Origin: Mobula hypostoma
Taxonomy: Eukaryota
Assembly (NCBI RefSeq): GCF_963921235.1
Contig: NC_086109.1
Span: forward strand, 11,100,001-11,164,000
Direction: 5' to 3'
Length of the DNA stretch: 64,000 nucleotides
The position numbers and the translations under genes were made by a program. The notes below the pieces were generated by a model. It ran no database searches. It was not told the origin of the DNA and saw only the letters and a program-made list of their open reading frames with translations. This document shows, piece after piece, positions 36,949 through 49,794 of this stretch (its first letter is position 1; the number at the start of each line of letters is the position of its first letter).

Positions 36949-38505
36949 TGTGTGATTATGCAAGAATCCATAATATCTACCTTGTATATATTGCTGAACT
37001 TCCTGTGCCACTGGTAAACAATCACTGGGAAAGTTTTCCATATTTGCTGAAAATCTTTTACACACACATAATTAAACAACCTCCTGTCACATGACATAAT
37101 CTGTCTTCTGACAAATCAACAGCAAAAATGCTTTAATTCAGATGCTTAAGACAATAACTATTACCGCATGAGTGGTTTGTATACATCATTAGTTGCATGT
37201 ATCCTAAAATGTTAAAAAATGAATAATGTTTATATCACTAATATCCAATGCCTGAATATAAAGTGTTTGGAATAGGTGCACAATTTTGCAATATTTTGTA
37301 CCAATGTGTAGTAGTTTTGCACCTGGTTTAGTAATTCAGTGTTCCACATGAATGATGTGAAGACTCGTTAAAATCCACCAAGACAGCTGCCAGATTAAAT
37401 TTAGCCTATAGCTTTGGAATATCCATCTGTAATATTATGTCAGTAAGCACGATATGAAAGTACTAGGTTGTCACAAAATTCTGTCTGGTTCTTTAAGGTT
37501 GTTAGAAGGAGGAAGTCTGCCATCCTTACTCGGTTTGATATTGGTGTGACTCCAGGACAATATCAGTCTTGCTTCTCATGATCCTCTGAAATGGCCACAT
37601 TGTTAAGTTCACCATTAAAACCTTGAGCACAGTTAGGGATTACTATAAATCTTGGCCATGTTTTAGCGCAGACTTGATGGGCTGAATAACCTAATTCTGC
37701 TCCTATGTTTTATGGTCTTATGTCCTTATTCCATGAATGAATTAACAAAGGGTTATTATTTATATTATGTGCCCATACTATTACTGGCTGTGAATTTATT
37801 AAACATAATTTGCTCCCATTCACAATGATTGATAATCGGTTTGAAGTATATTTCAATCTCACTGTGTTTTACTCTTGATCTTCTCAGTTTGCTGCGGAGA
37901 GTATGAACTAGCTGTTGGCATTGATCATATATGTTGGCATGTGATAATGGATATCTATCACAAGATCAAGATTCCTAAGTCACAATTTTCTAGTTTATCT
38001 GGAGATCTTTGTTTCTGAATTTCTATATTTAGCGGCTTTTAATTAGCAGTAATTATACATGTTGGTTTTGCAATACTTTGTCTACTTAGCTCTGGAATCT
38101 GGGATTATGTTTAGTGTAGTCTGTCAGAAGATAGGTATTTCTTCTGGTATCCAAGAGTCAAGGTTTCTCATATGTAGTTGAAGCAAAACTAAAACAAATT
38201 ACTATTGGTAGTCTTATTTATTGAAACTACAGAAGTGGCTTGTGCTGGAAATGTCACTACTTATTAGGGATGAGCAGCACAGTTTTCAATCCCTATTTTC
38301 ATTGCTACTGTCTGCAGTTTGGATATTCTCCCTGTGACAAAACGGATTTCCTCCTGGTGCCAGATTCAGTTCCCACATCCCCAAGCTGTATGGGTTGGTC
38401 AGTGTAATTTGCCTTCAGCTGTAAGCACAAGATTATTTTCTTGCAAGGTTGGCATGGGCTTGCCTATTTTGTTCATTCAAGTTTGGGAATCAAACTCATC
38501 TTGTA

Positions 38506-39870
38506 TAAACAGGAGAAAATCTTCAGATGCTGGAAATCCAAGCAACACACACAAAACACTGGAGGAACTCAGCAGGCCAGACAGCATCTATAGAAAAGAA
38601 TACAGTTGACGTTTTGGGCCGAGACCCTTCAGCAGGACTGGGAAAAAAGAAGATGAGGAGTCAGAGTAAGAAAGTAGGGGAAAGGGAGGAAGAACCACAA
38701 AGTGATTGGTGAAACCAGGATGGTGGCGGTGGGGTTGGGGGAAATGGTGAAGTAAAGAGCTGGGAAGTTGATTGGTGAAAGAGAAACAGGTCTGGAGAAG
38801 GGGGAATCTGATAGGAATGGGCAGAAGGCCATGGAAGAAAGAAAAGGGGGGAGGAGCACCAGAGGGAAGTGATAGGCAGTTAAGGAGATAAGGTGAGAGA
38901 GGGAAATGGGAATGGTGAAGAGGGGGGCATTACCAGAAGTTACCTATACCTTCAGGTTGAAGGCTACCTAGACAGAAGATAAGGTGTTGCTCCTCCAACC
39001 TGAGTGTGGCCTCATTGCGACGGTAGAGGAGGCCATGGACTGACATGTCGGAATGGGAATAGGAAGTGCAATTAAAATGGATGCCCACTAGGAGATCCTG
39101 CTTTTTCTGGCAGATGGAGCGTAGTTGCTTGGCTAAGCGGTCAACCAATTTATGTCAGGTCTCACCAATATACAAGAGGCCACACCGGGAGCACTGGCTA
39201 CAGTAGATGACCCCAGCAGACTCACAGGTGAAGTGTCACCTTACCCGGAAGGACTGTTTGGGGCCCTGAATGGAAATGAGGGAGCAGGTGTAGGGGCAGG
39301 TGTAGCACTTGTTCTACTTGGAAGGCTAAGTGCCGGGAGGGAGATCAGTGGGGAGGGACGAATGAACAAGGGAGTTGCATAGGGAGCGATCGCTGCGAAA
39401 AGCAGAAAGTGGCGGGAGTTGTGCTTTGTGATGGGATCTCGCTGGAGATGGTGGAAGTTGCAGAGAATTATGTGCTGGACGTGGAGGCTGGTGGAGTGGT
39501 CGGTGAAGACAAGAGGAACCCTATCCCTGGTGGGGTGGCGGAAGGTTGGGTTGAGGGCAGACGTGCGCGAAATGGAAGAGATGCGGTTGAAGGCAGCATT
39601 GAAGGTGGAGGAAGGGAATCCCCCTTTTTTTTTGAAGGAAGAGGAGACCTCCTTAGTTCTAGAATAAAAAGCCTCACTCTGAGAGCAGATGCATTGAAGA
39701 TGGAGGAATTGAGATAAGGGGATGTGCTTTTTACAACTAACAGGGTGGGAAGAGGCATAGTCCAGGTAGCTGTGAGAAGCAATAGGTTTGTAATAGATAA
39801 GCTGTCTCTAGAGATAGAGAGAGAGTTTGAGAAAAGGGGAGGGAGGTGTTGGAAATGGATCAAGAAAGGG
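38506..39870 (-). mobile_element. Penelope-like element 3' portion (linker, GIY-YIG endonuclease, pLTR)
   Basis: Minus strand reads RIPLVFT..., CYTCPY, FTCESAGVIYC..CSRCGLLYIGET...HF, RLEEQHLIFCLGSLQPEG, followed by a pLTR with a degenerate hammerhead motif. Confidence 0.92.
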
Positions 39871-39907
39871 GAAGGAGGTTGGACACTCCGTTGTGTATAT
39901 GTAAAGT

Positions 39908-40392
39908 CATCATTATCACTATGTAAACATGAGGAATTCTGCAGATGCTGGAAATTCAATCAACACACATCGAAAAGGCTGGTGAACGCAGCAGGCCAGG
40001 CAGCATCTCTAGGAAGAGGTACAGTCGACGTTTTGGGCCAAGACCCTTCGTCAGGCCTATCACTATGTGTCGTATTGTGTGATGTGGGTGATCATGGTGA
40101 TATTTTTTTGATAGAAGTGGTTTGCAATTGCCGCCTTCTGGGCAGTGCCTTTACCAGATGGGTGACCCCAGCCATTTTCAATACTCTTCAGAGATTGCTT
40201 GGCGTCAGTGGTTGCATAACCAGGACTTGTGATATGCACCACCTGCTCCCATGGCTTCATATAACCCTGATTTGGCGGGGGGGGGGGCTGCTAAGCAGGT
40301 GCTACACCTAGCCCAAGGGTGACCTTCAGGCTGCAGAGGGAAGGAGCACCTTACACTTCCTTTGGTTGAGACATATCTCCACATTGCCACCC
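39908..40392 (-). mobile_element. RTE-associated short non-autonomous element
   Basis: Minus strand has the RTE/BovB-like motif ggcaattgcaaaccacttct and the tail ccatgatcacccacatc...(gat)n. Interrupted by the pLTR at 39925. Confidence 0.55.
39925..40057 (-). mobile_element. Penelope pLTR, young subfamily, solo
   Basis: Exact 11-bp TSD tatcactatgt at 39914-39924 and 40058-40068. Confidence 0.9.
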
Positions 40393-40405
40393 AGATATGC
40401 AGAGT

Positions 40406-40596
40406 AACACGCACAAAATGTTGGAGGAACTCAGCAGGTCAGGCAGCATCTATGGAAAGGAATTAACTGTTGATCCTTCATCTCAGCTCAAAACATCGAC
40501 CCTTTAGTCCTTTCCATATATGCTGACTGACCTGCTGATTTCCAAATTTTTTTTGTGTGTGTCTGTCGATTTCCAGTGTCTGCAGAATCTCCTGCC
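40406..40596 (+). mobile_element. Penelope fold-back pLTR insertion
   Basis: Antisense arm aacacgcacaaaatgttggagg..., then sense arm ...tgtgtgt plus tail atttccagtgtctgcagaatctc. Confidence 0.8.
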
Positions 40597-41663
40597 TTTA
40601 TAGAAATGCACCTCTGGGGCATGTCTTGTAAGTTATAGTTAAGCATGTTGTAAACACCTTGGTTATCTGTAAATTGAAGAATGCGTGAAGTTCCATTGGA
40701 AATATTTTTAATTCGCTTGTCACTGATGTGATAGCTGAGAGGAGGTTGATTAGGTAAGATCAAAGTTGTTCAGTGTGTGCTATGATTTTATCAGGCTGTA
40801 CTGATGGATTGTTGCTTAGTAACTACATAAATAAATAGAAGTGTGTGACTAAATACTAAACTTATGTGATGGAAATGAATAAATCACCAATTGTGGAATA
40901 CTAGTGAGAAGACTCATATAATTGCAGCATATGGAGTTACGACACTGTTGTATCAGAATTGTTCAAAATCTTACCAGGCTCATTTGCTTTTACCTGACCT
41001 GATCACTTCCATCCATTTGAAAGAATATATAAATATGTTTTTCTATTGTTCTTCAGTGTTCTGAACTACTTTTTTCCAACTCATTGTTGTTCTTATTATT
41101 CACTTTTGTCCCCTTACTTCCTATAATTACTTTTTTGTTCTCGAGTCATTCTTTGAAACCTAGACCGACCATATCACCCTTTTTTCATTATCATTAGAAT
41201 TATCTGCTGACAAGTATTAGTGTTTATAGATTTAATTAATCTATTCAGCTTCATGACTTACAAATTGTAGGAGCAAACTGAAAGATCAAACAGAGTTGCT
41301 GTTTGAAATAATGGCTAATTTATTAAAAACTGGTGCATATCAGTAGAGCAGCCAAAGCTGATCTACCTGAACAGCATTTACATTCTCAGTTAATGAGATT
41401 ACCAGTATAATTAAATTTTGATAACAGAATGGTAGCTACAGGAAGGCTTAATTAAGTAACAGACTAGGTCCTTATTACAGAATAAAATGATTATCCACAG
41501 GTCTAACAGCAAATCCAATTTTCTATTACAATATTGGGTGCACGCTATAGCATAATTAGTGAAATTCTTGAAATTTGAATGTTCTCTTTGCTGCATTCTA
41601 TGTTTCTACTTTTGTCTGTGGGTCTGTTATCACATTAACACAATCCATATCATTATTTATTAG

Positions 41664-41852
41664 CAACACACATCAAAGTTGCTGGTGAACACAGCAGGCC
41701 AGGCAGCATCTCTTGGAAGAGGTACAGTCGACGTTTCGGGCCGAGACCCTTCGTCAGGGTCCTAGAGATGCGGCCTGGCCTGCTGCGTTCACCAGCAATT
41801 TTGATGTGTGTTGCTTGAATTTCCAGCATCTGCAGAATTCCTCGTGTTTACG
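41664..41852 (+). mobile_element. Penelope fold-back pLTR insertion, young subfamily
   Basis: Exact 14-bp TSD tcattatttattag at 41650-41663 and 41853-41866; inverted arms plus tail. Confidence 0.92.
41725..41758 (-). ncRNA. Minimal hammerhead ribozyme core, stem I 5' arm truncated
   Basis: Minus strand reads CTGACGA-AGGG-TCTCGG-CCC-GAAA-C-GTC-GACTG. Confidence 0.6.
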
Positions 41853-43129
41853 TCATTATTTATTAGTTCCTTTCCTCACAACATGCCAACAAGTATGAGT
41901 TTATAGATTTAATGAATCTATCCAGCTTCATAATTTAAACCTCCTACATCATTTTATGTATATTCCAACTGATGTACCACAATAATCCAACTTTTATTGA
42001 TGGCTCATTGCCTGCTTTATCACTTGGTGAGCAAACTTACAACAATATTGAAGAAACTTGAAGCCAGTGAGACAAAGTGGCACATTTCCTAACTTCCTAG
42101 CCATAATTTTTAACTTTCAAAACTACTTGTGAACCTATATAAAGATGTAGCCTCTATAAAGCCCACTACAAAAATTCTGCAAAACTTCTTCAATATTAGC
42201 TTATAAACCTGTGACCACTATCACCTGAAAGAAGGCACACTAGAATGCACAACATGCAAATTCCTTTCATGCAATACCCATCATTATCTTTAAATGATAG
42301 AACTCTGAAGCCAGCAGCATAGGTATAGAAATTCATGAGGATCCTAAAAGTTCAAAAAAAAATCTTGTTACAGACTATTAAGCTATTAGACTATTAATGC
42401 ATATTAAGGACTAACAGTACCAAGACTATCTGAATGAACAATGGAAAAAGATCTCACAAGTCACCCATCAGTTTTCATTTTGTTCTCTGTACCTGACAGT
42501 CTTTCAAAATCTTTAGGTCGCAATTTGTGATACTTCTGGGCTGAGATTTATGAGGATTTCTTATCAGAGTAGTTTGAAAGCCATCTCTCCAGATGAGGAC
42601 TCCCATTAAAGTTACAAGAGGCAAGTAGTTTGAAAACCATTATGTACATGCATTTTGCCTTCGTCAATGCAGAGAACATTTGAAATCATTAAATTTGGGT
42701 TCGTTAAAAATTCTGCAAATAGCTAATATTGACCAAAAATGATAACACTTACCAGTTTGATGGCTCAAATGCAATATCTAACTGGGGTATGTGCTATAGC
42801 TGAAGGTATTGCACAATTGCAGGATAATATTTTAAAAAATATTTAATTATTGTTCGTACTTGACCCGCATGTTTAAAAATTGCTGTTTCAGAAACATTTT
42901 TCTTAGTTCATTTTCTTGAAATTTGGATCATTTGTGTTTACTGATCATCTCTAATTGCCTTCAAGAAGGTGGATGTGAGCTCTTGAATTACTTCCATCCT
43001 GTTGTTGAAGTCTCACAGTATTAATGGGGGGGGGGAAATTCCAGGGATAGATTCAGTGACAGAGGAGTTACAATATTTTTCCAAGGAAAGGTGACAAGAG
43101 ATTTGGACGCGTGAAACCAAGGGCAGGAG

Positions 43130-43735
43130 TGTCTCATTTAGTTCTTTGAGCCTGCTCTGCTAATATACTCCTACATTCTTTCCATATCTCTTGATGTCTC
43201 TTATGCTTAAAAATGTGTACATCTCCCTTCAGTATAGTCATCAGCATGACTCTTTTAGCCCTCTGTGATAGTGATTCCACAAGTTCACTGGTCTCTTGAG
43301 TGAAGGAACTTCTTCTCATCTCAACCATAGTGTACCTGAGACAAAGGCCCCTCCCTCATTCCTGACACCCCAACCAGGGAAACAATTTTCTTACATCTTG
43401 CCTCATCAAGGCCCTGCACAATTGTAGCAATTGTAGTTCCTGTTCTTAAACCTTTTTTAGTCTGAATGCCAATGTATCAGTTGTCAACTAAACTGCTTGC
43501 AGTACTTACATTTTTGCCTTCAGGGACAAGTACACCAGAATAAGATTCTCAGCAAAATTCTAAAGGTTATATTCTTCTCTGTCACCCAAGTTGTACATTA
43601 TGAGGGACCCTGGGCTGAGCACTGATCCTTGTGGTACCCCCACTCAATACCATCTGCCATTCTGAAATGAACCATTTATTTCCTCTACTTCCTGTCTGTC
43701 AAGCAGTTTTTAATCCATACCAGCAATCTAATATC
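43130..43735 (-). mobile_element. Old CR1 remnant
   Basis: cccctgggctgagcactgatccttgtggtacccc-like RT QGSVL region, VWIKNCLTDRK, and a C-terminal FTQ motif. Confidence 0.6.
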
Positions 43736-44097
43736 AGCTTTGTGAAAACAGCCTGAGGATATTGTGAGTTGCCTTCCCAAAGAGAATGTACATCTTTTGG
43801 AAATATAAGACTGATCTATTGTTACAGTGTGCTGTGATACTGTACATTGGTACTTGAATGTTTTGTGTGATGGATAAAATGGGAGGCCCGTTGCTAGCGG
43901 ATCTCCTGCACAATGATGATTATCATAAATAATAATTATCGGCAATATGATTACTTCACATTGGTCTCTCGGAACCGGACCACTTACGAACATAACTTTG
44001 TGAGATACTGTAGGAACCAGATGGTTTTTGGTGTTAGTAGAAAATGTTCACAACATGAACAGAATATCTGAAGAATTGCTCAGAAAAATAACACAAA

Positions 44098-44682
44098 GCA
44101 ACACATAAAATGCTGGAGGAATTCAGCAGATCAGGCTGTAGGAGCCATGCATCTGTTTTCTATCTACATTGTATTCTGAGTTACATGTTTATTATGGTAG
44201 CTAGTCATGTAGGTGAGGCATGGTAAAAGCCGAGGATCTAGCTACATATTCATGCTTTATTCTAGTTAGTTTTTAGAGCTGGGACCACTGGGTGTCATAA
44301 TCTTTTGTTGATTGCTTTAATTTTGCTTAATTACACTTAATTCACAAGTCCACTTAAGAACTTTTAATATTGCTAGTTTTCATTTCATAAGTTTCATTAC
44401 TTCAAAATGTTGTGTTTTGCTAGTTGCTAATAAAGTATGAAATACATTTCTTTGACTTTTTGGAACATTATTATTGGATTGATCAGAGGGCGCACCATAC
44501 AAAGATAACTACATTTGTGGTTGCCAGCAGCTGCATTGGTTTGTTCAATTTGCCACTACAGTATCTGTGGAGGGAAATAAACAATCGATGTTTCAGGCTA
44601 AATTCCTTCATCAGTCCACAGGATGCTGCCTGACCTTCTTGAGTTCCTCCAGCATTTTCTGTGTTGCTCTGTTTTTCCAGGA
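44098..44682 (+). mobile_element. Penelope fold-back pLTR interrupted by an LTR-like insert
   Basis: The antisense arm 44098-44136 resumes at 44561; sense arm plus tail at 44620-44682. Confidence 0.75.
44137..44560 (+). mobile_element. Putative solo LTR, 424 bp
   Basis: TGTAG...CTACA inverted termini and AATAAA at 44429. It cleanly interrupts a pLTR arm, but no TSD is visible. Confidence 0.55.
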
Positions 44683-45944
44683 TTATGTAGTGACATAATG
44701 ATACTGATAGCTAGTGGAAACATTTAAAAATAATTATACAAGCCCTGCCATGCAAAATGAACCACTTTCTCTCATTATAAAAAGAAATGTAACTTTCTAT
44801 TAACAAAGACTAAAATGGAATTTTACACTTGTATCAAGAGCTCGTGGTTATTGATTGAGATAGTGTCTGTAGAAAACTTATGAATGAATGAACTACTGTT
44901 CATACAATATCCCTTCTTAGAGTTACTATTGATGGAGAGATCAGCATTTTTTTGTAATCTGATTTGTCATTGCAAGATGTTTTGCTTTTGGTTTCTGAAA
45001 TCAATTCCAAAAATGAAAATTGTCAGGTATTAATTTATTATTTTAGTTTGATTAACATATTCCCTGTTCAATTTCCCTATAATGTCAAATTTAGTCTTCT
45101 ACCATATTATACCAACGGTTGTTCCAAATACTCACTCCTTCACTGATATACTGTAAATTTTGAATACATAGGTATTCAGTCATACTCTGATGTGGTTATG
45201 TGCATGAATCAAAGCTACAATTGGGCACAGAGCTACAATAACTTATTTGTCACACAATTATTTCTACAATTTTGTTTCTGCATCCTTTCATTCATCTTGG
45301 CCAACAACAGAACCAATAAAGAATCATTCCATAATATGTAACTGTATTTATATCTTGGTTCACTGGCAGCAGTTTCGCCTCTGATTCAGAAGATTTAAGC
45401 CCTGCTAAATTCCATCCAGTCTGTTGTGTTGTAGGAAATATCATCTTTCAAATGTGATGGGTCAAGTAAATGAAGGGCATATTCTGAAGATTAAAAAAAA
45501 GAGGATATTAGAAATTTGTGGGGGGTAAAAATACTGGATACATGCAGCTAGTCGGGTGGCTTCTGTAGAAATAGGGATAAAGTTAATCTTTCAAATTGGA
45601 CTCTCTACTTCAGAACTGGAAAAGAGGGTATATCCTAGTACCTACATCCTTGGACATTATCCTGGTGTCTGCCTTCAAAGAAAAGGCTACTTGGATATTG
45701 AACTAGTTAGTGGAAATCTGACAGACCTTCAGTAAATACTTTAAATTCCTTTCTTCTCATAGACAAAATTCAGATATCCTTTCAATCCTTCCTTCCTCCT
45801 AGCTATCCTTTGCCCCTCTCCACTCAGTACACACATTTTAAGTATTTTACTCGTTGTTGTGGTTTTTATTTTTGTATTTGAATAGATCTATAACACTCAT
45901 CTGGACATGCAGATAGGTCTCTAAATCACACTCTTGTTAATTTG

Positions 45945-47915
45945 TTTGTGGTGACACTCAATGTCAGCAAGACCAAGGAACTGATTGTAGACTTATGGAA
46001 AGGGAAACCAGAGGTCCATGAGCCAGTCCCCATCGGACGATCAGAGATGGAGAGGGTTAGCAACTTTAAATTTCAGAGGATCTGTCTTGAACCCACAAAT
46101 AAGTGCAATTGTGAAGAAAGCACAGCAGCGCCTCTACTTTCTCAGGAGTCTGTGGAGATTCAGTATGACATCTAAAACGTAGACAAACTTCTATAGATGT
46201 GTAGTGAGAGTGTACTGACCGGCTGCATCACAGTCTGATATGAAAACACCACTGCAGTTGCACAGAAAATCCTACAAAAGGTAGTGGATTTGGCCCACAT
46301 ATCAGGGGTAAAGTCCTCCCAACCACTGGGCACATCTACATGAAATGCTGCTGTAGGAGAGCAGCATACATCAGCAGAAACAAGAGGAAACTATGCAGAT
46401 GCTGGAAATCCAAGCAATTTACACAAAATGCTGGAGGAGCTTAGCAGGCCAGGCAGCATCTGTGGAAAAGAGTACAGTCAACGTTTCCTGATGGGACCGC
46501 CCATCAGGACTGGACAAAAAAGATGAGGAGTCGGAGTAAGAAAGTAGTGGAAGGGGAGGAAGAACCACAAGGAGATAGGTGAAAGCAGGAGGGGGCTGAG
46601 GGGTGAAGTAAAGAGCTGAGAAGTCGATTGGTGAAAGAGGTACAGTGCTGGAGAAGGGGGAATCTGATGGGAGAGGACAGAAGACCATGGAAGAAAGAAA
46701 ACGGGGAGGAGCACCAGAGAGAGGTGATAGGTAGGTAAGGAGATAAGTTGAGAGAGGGAAATGGGAATGAAAGATGCTGAAGGAGAGGGGGGGCATTACC
46801 AGAAGATTGAGAAATTGATATTCATGCCATCTGGTTGGAAGCTACCTAGAGGGAATTTAAGGTGTTGCTTCTCTAACCTGAGTGTGATCTGACAGTAAAG
46901 GAGGCCATAGACTGGCATATCAGAATGGGAATGAGAAGTCAAAATAAAATGCGTGGCCACTGGGAGATCCCGCTTTTTCTGGAACAAGAGCTACACCTGT
47001 CCCTACACCTCCTCCCTCACTACCATTCAGGGCCCCAAGCAGTCCTTCCAGTTGAGGTGACTCTTCACCTGTGAGTCTGTTGGAGTCATCGACTATATCT
47101 GGTGCTCCCTGTGTGGCCTCTTGTATATTGGTGAGACCCAATGCAGATTGGGAAACCATTTTGCCAAATACCAACGCTCCATCTGCCAGAAAAAGCGGGA
47201 TGCCTCCTGTCCTCTCCTAGAGCTGGAAAGATTGGTGAAAGAGATACAGGACTGGATATTCCCCCTTCTCCAGTCCTGTATCTCTTTCACCAATCTTCCC
47301 AGCTCGCTCTTTCCTTCACCCCTCTTCTTTCCCCCCCCCCCAGTTTCATCTATCACCTTGTGGTTCTTCCTTCACCCTGCCCCCACCTTCTTACTGTGAC
47401 CTCTCATCATTTTTTTCCAGTCCTGTTGAAGAATCTCAGCCCGAAATATCGAGTGTACTCTTCCATAGAAGCTGGCTGGCTTGCTGAGTTCTTCGAGCAT
47501 TTTGTGTGTGCATCCATCGTTAGAGATTGCCAGCACCCAGGACATGTTCTTTTTTTGCTGCTGCCATCAGGTAGAAGGTATAAGAGCCTCAGGACTCATA
47601 CCACCAGGTTCGAGAAAAGTTACTACCCAAAAACCATCAGGCTCTTTAACAAAGGGGATAACTGCACTCACTTGCTCATTCATTGAGATGTCCCCACAAC
47701 CAATTATCTCACTTTAAGGACTCTTTATCTTGTTATTGTATGTTCTCATTATTTATTGCTATTTATTTATATTGCATTTGCACAGTTTGTTGTCTTCTAC
47801 ACTCTGGTTGATCTTTCATTAATCCTATTATAGTTACTATCCTATAGATTTGCTGAGTATACCTGCAGGTGACACATACGTATTTTGATGATAACATTTA
47901 CTTTGAACTTTGAAG
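45945..47915 (+). mobile_element. Rex1/Babar 3' fragment interrupted by Penelope
   Basis: LNVSKTKELIVD... before 46377; HPGHVLFLLLPSGRRYKSLR after 47510; tail tactttgaacttt. Confidence 0.88.
46378..47510 (-). mobile_element. Penelope element with multiple internal inversions
   Basis: Minus-strand pLTR plus tail to ~46985, plus-strand GIY-YIG segment (YIGET), a short minus piece, then a plus-strand pLTR without tail. Confidence 0.88.
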
Positions 47916-48580
47916 TTTGAGCATATTTACCCTTTGAAATTATTTTAATTTGCAGTGCAACTGCAATTGATAGATTTTATGACAAAATTTGAGTTATGGT
48001 CACTAAGCCCAACTGTAGTCAAAACCATTCACTTCTGTGTTAGTGTTTTGTAGAGGATAGTTTTTATTAAACATCAAAGTTGATAAATAAAGTCTAGTTC
48101 CCAGAGCAAGGTATGTTGAGAGTATGAGTTTTCTGATGTTCCCAGGAAACAATTGTGGTTATTTTTAGCAACCACCATTATTATTGTGGCTTTTTCTTTA
48201 CCCAGAATAAAATATGTTCCATACTAATGTTGCAGTGTTGAAATCAAGCTACATCTGAGCAGCCAGAGCCATGTATCATTTTCAGTGCAGTGTATGTAAA
48301 CAACTGGGTTACTATTGCAATATCAGATTAAATTTTTCCATAAGCATTTTTGTCAAACGTTCTTGTGCAATAATGGCAACTGAATCAAATATATACCAAA
48401 AATATGCATTGCAGTTATCTTGTCCACATATTTCCAAGAGTAAGCATTACACAAGATAAGTTTATTAGTTCCATGAATTGAAAGAAATGTTAGAATTTGG
48501 ATGTTTTGGTGGTAAAGAATGGCGATGGGAGGATTGTAGATTGGACCTTTTCTTTTAAAATACAATATTAATACCACTTT

Positions 48581-48772
48581 CAACACACACAAAATGCTAG
48601 AAGAACTCAGAAGGCCAGGCAACATCTGTGGAAAATCAGTCCTGACAAAGGGTCTCGGCTGAAATGTCAACTGTACTTTTTATCATAGATGCTGCCTGGC
48701 CTGCTGAGTTCCTCCAGCATTTTTTGTGAGTTGCTTGGATTTCTGGCATCTGCATTTTCTGTCTTGTTTGTG
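48581..48772 (+). mobile_element. Penelope fold-back pLTR insertion
   Basis: Arm caacacacacaaaatgc..., sense arm with a degenerate hammerhead (ctgacaaagggtctcggctgaaatgtc), tail, and degenerate TSD taataccacttt / taattgcacttt. Confidence 0.85.
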
Positions 48773-49794
48773 ATTTAATTGCACTTTGTTAATCAAACTA
48801 CCAAGAATTGGAGGTCAGGTGTTTAGGGTGAAAATTCAACAAAAGTTTGGCATAGATTATATGGGCCAAAGGACCTGTATCTTTGACTCTATGACTGCAT
48901 GAATATTCATTTAGCTTTAGCACTTCCAGAAAAGACTGGAATGTGAGGTAAGTAAACTTTCCAAACATTCTTTGTGGACTATTTGCACTTGAATCTTTGT
49001 AGATAGCTACTGTCTGGAGAACTTTCAGGAGAAGATTAATGAGATACATTATGTAAGTATAGGGGGAAAAAGTAACATATAAAACTTAAACATTTGCTTG
49101 ATTGATGAGATAAAATCTAAACTTGTGCCACTGCATGGCCTACGAATTTTACTGAACTTGCAGGTTATGTGGAGATTGAAGGTGTTTGCTTTTCCAAAGG
49201 TCAGAACTGATTAAATCAGAGGAAGGTCAGTCTATCCTTTCAGCCTGCTACACCATTCAAAATCATGGCTTAACTTCTCTTTCCAATGCATTTCCCACAA
49301 CCATCAGTGGCCAAAAGAGCCATTTGAAGGTCACATGCTTTTTGTAATACAATTGTCATTGGATATCTAAACCAGAGGTATGCTCAAAGTAAAATTAAAC
49401 CTTGTTTTTAATTAATATGGCTATATCCAACATGGCCCAACCTCAATCAGCTGTAATTAATTTTTCATATCTATCCTGCATTGCCATAAATAAAACTATC
49501 TCAAGGTACTATTTACCAGTTTGAGCATGAAACACTAAATATTGATGAAGAACTGAGAACATATGCCTGACAAGTTATCCTGACTTGGATAAGCTGCAGA
49601 GCTGGGTCAGCATGGCACTGAATCTGAGTGCTTTGTCAGGATACACGCCTAACCCATTTCAAACCCATCACTTATATCAACTTAATTTAGACTTGGTTCA
49701 GGCAGATAGAAACTGATCTAAACCATACAGAATAAGGAAGCTGTTCCTGCTGATGAATATCTCGATCTATTCATTGTTCCAAGTTCAGCAAGAG

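Larger units (their letters stand above)
33372..37010 (-). mobile_element. Nimb/I-group LINE 3' portion with RNase H, interrupted by three younger elements
   Basis: RNase H remnants (HTDRSKDPVTG, VFTSEMVGITSALEWV, FIWIPTHIGV*GN), C-terminal GH..LN..LFRI..H.TG.C..C, and tail ctccaacacagtaggtggc...aatgca...(aag)n. Confidence 0.8.

Noticed and set aside
44978..45027. Possible 50-nt exon (gcaag|...cag|gtatta)
   Set aside because: AAG acceptor, no recognisable peptide, and such pairs arise by chance in AT-rich introns.
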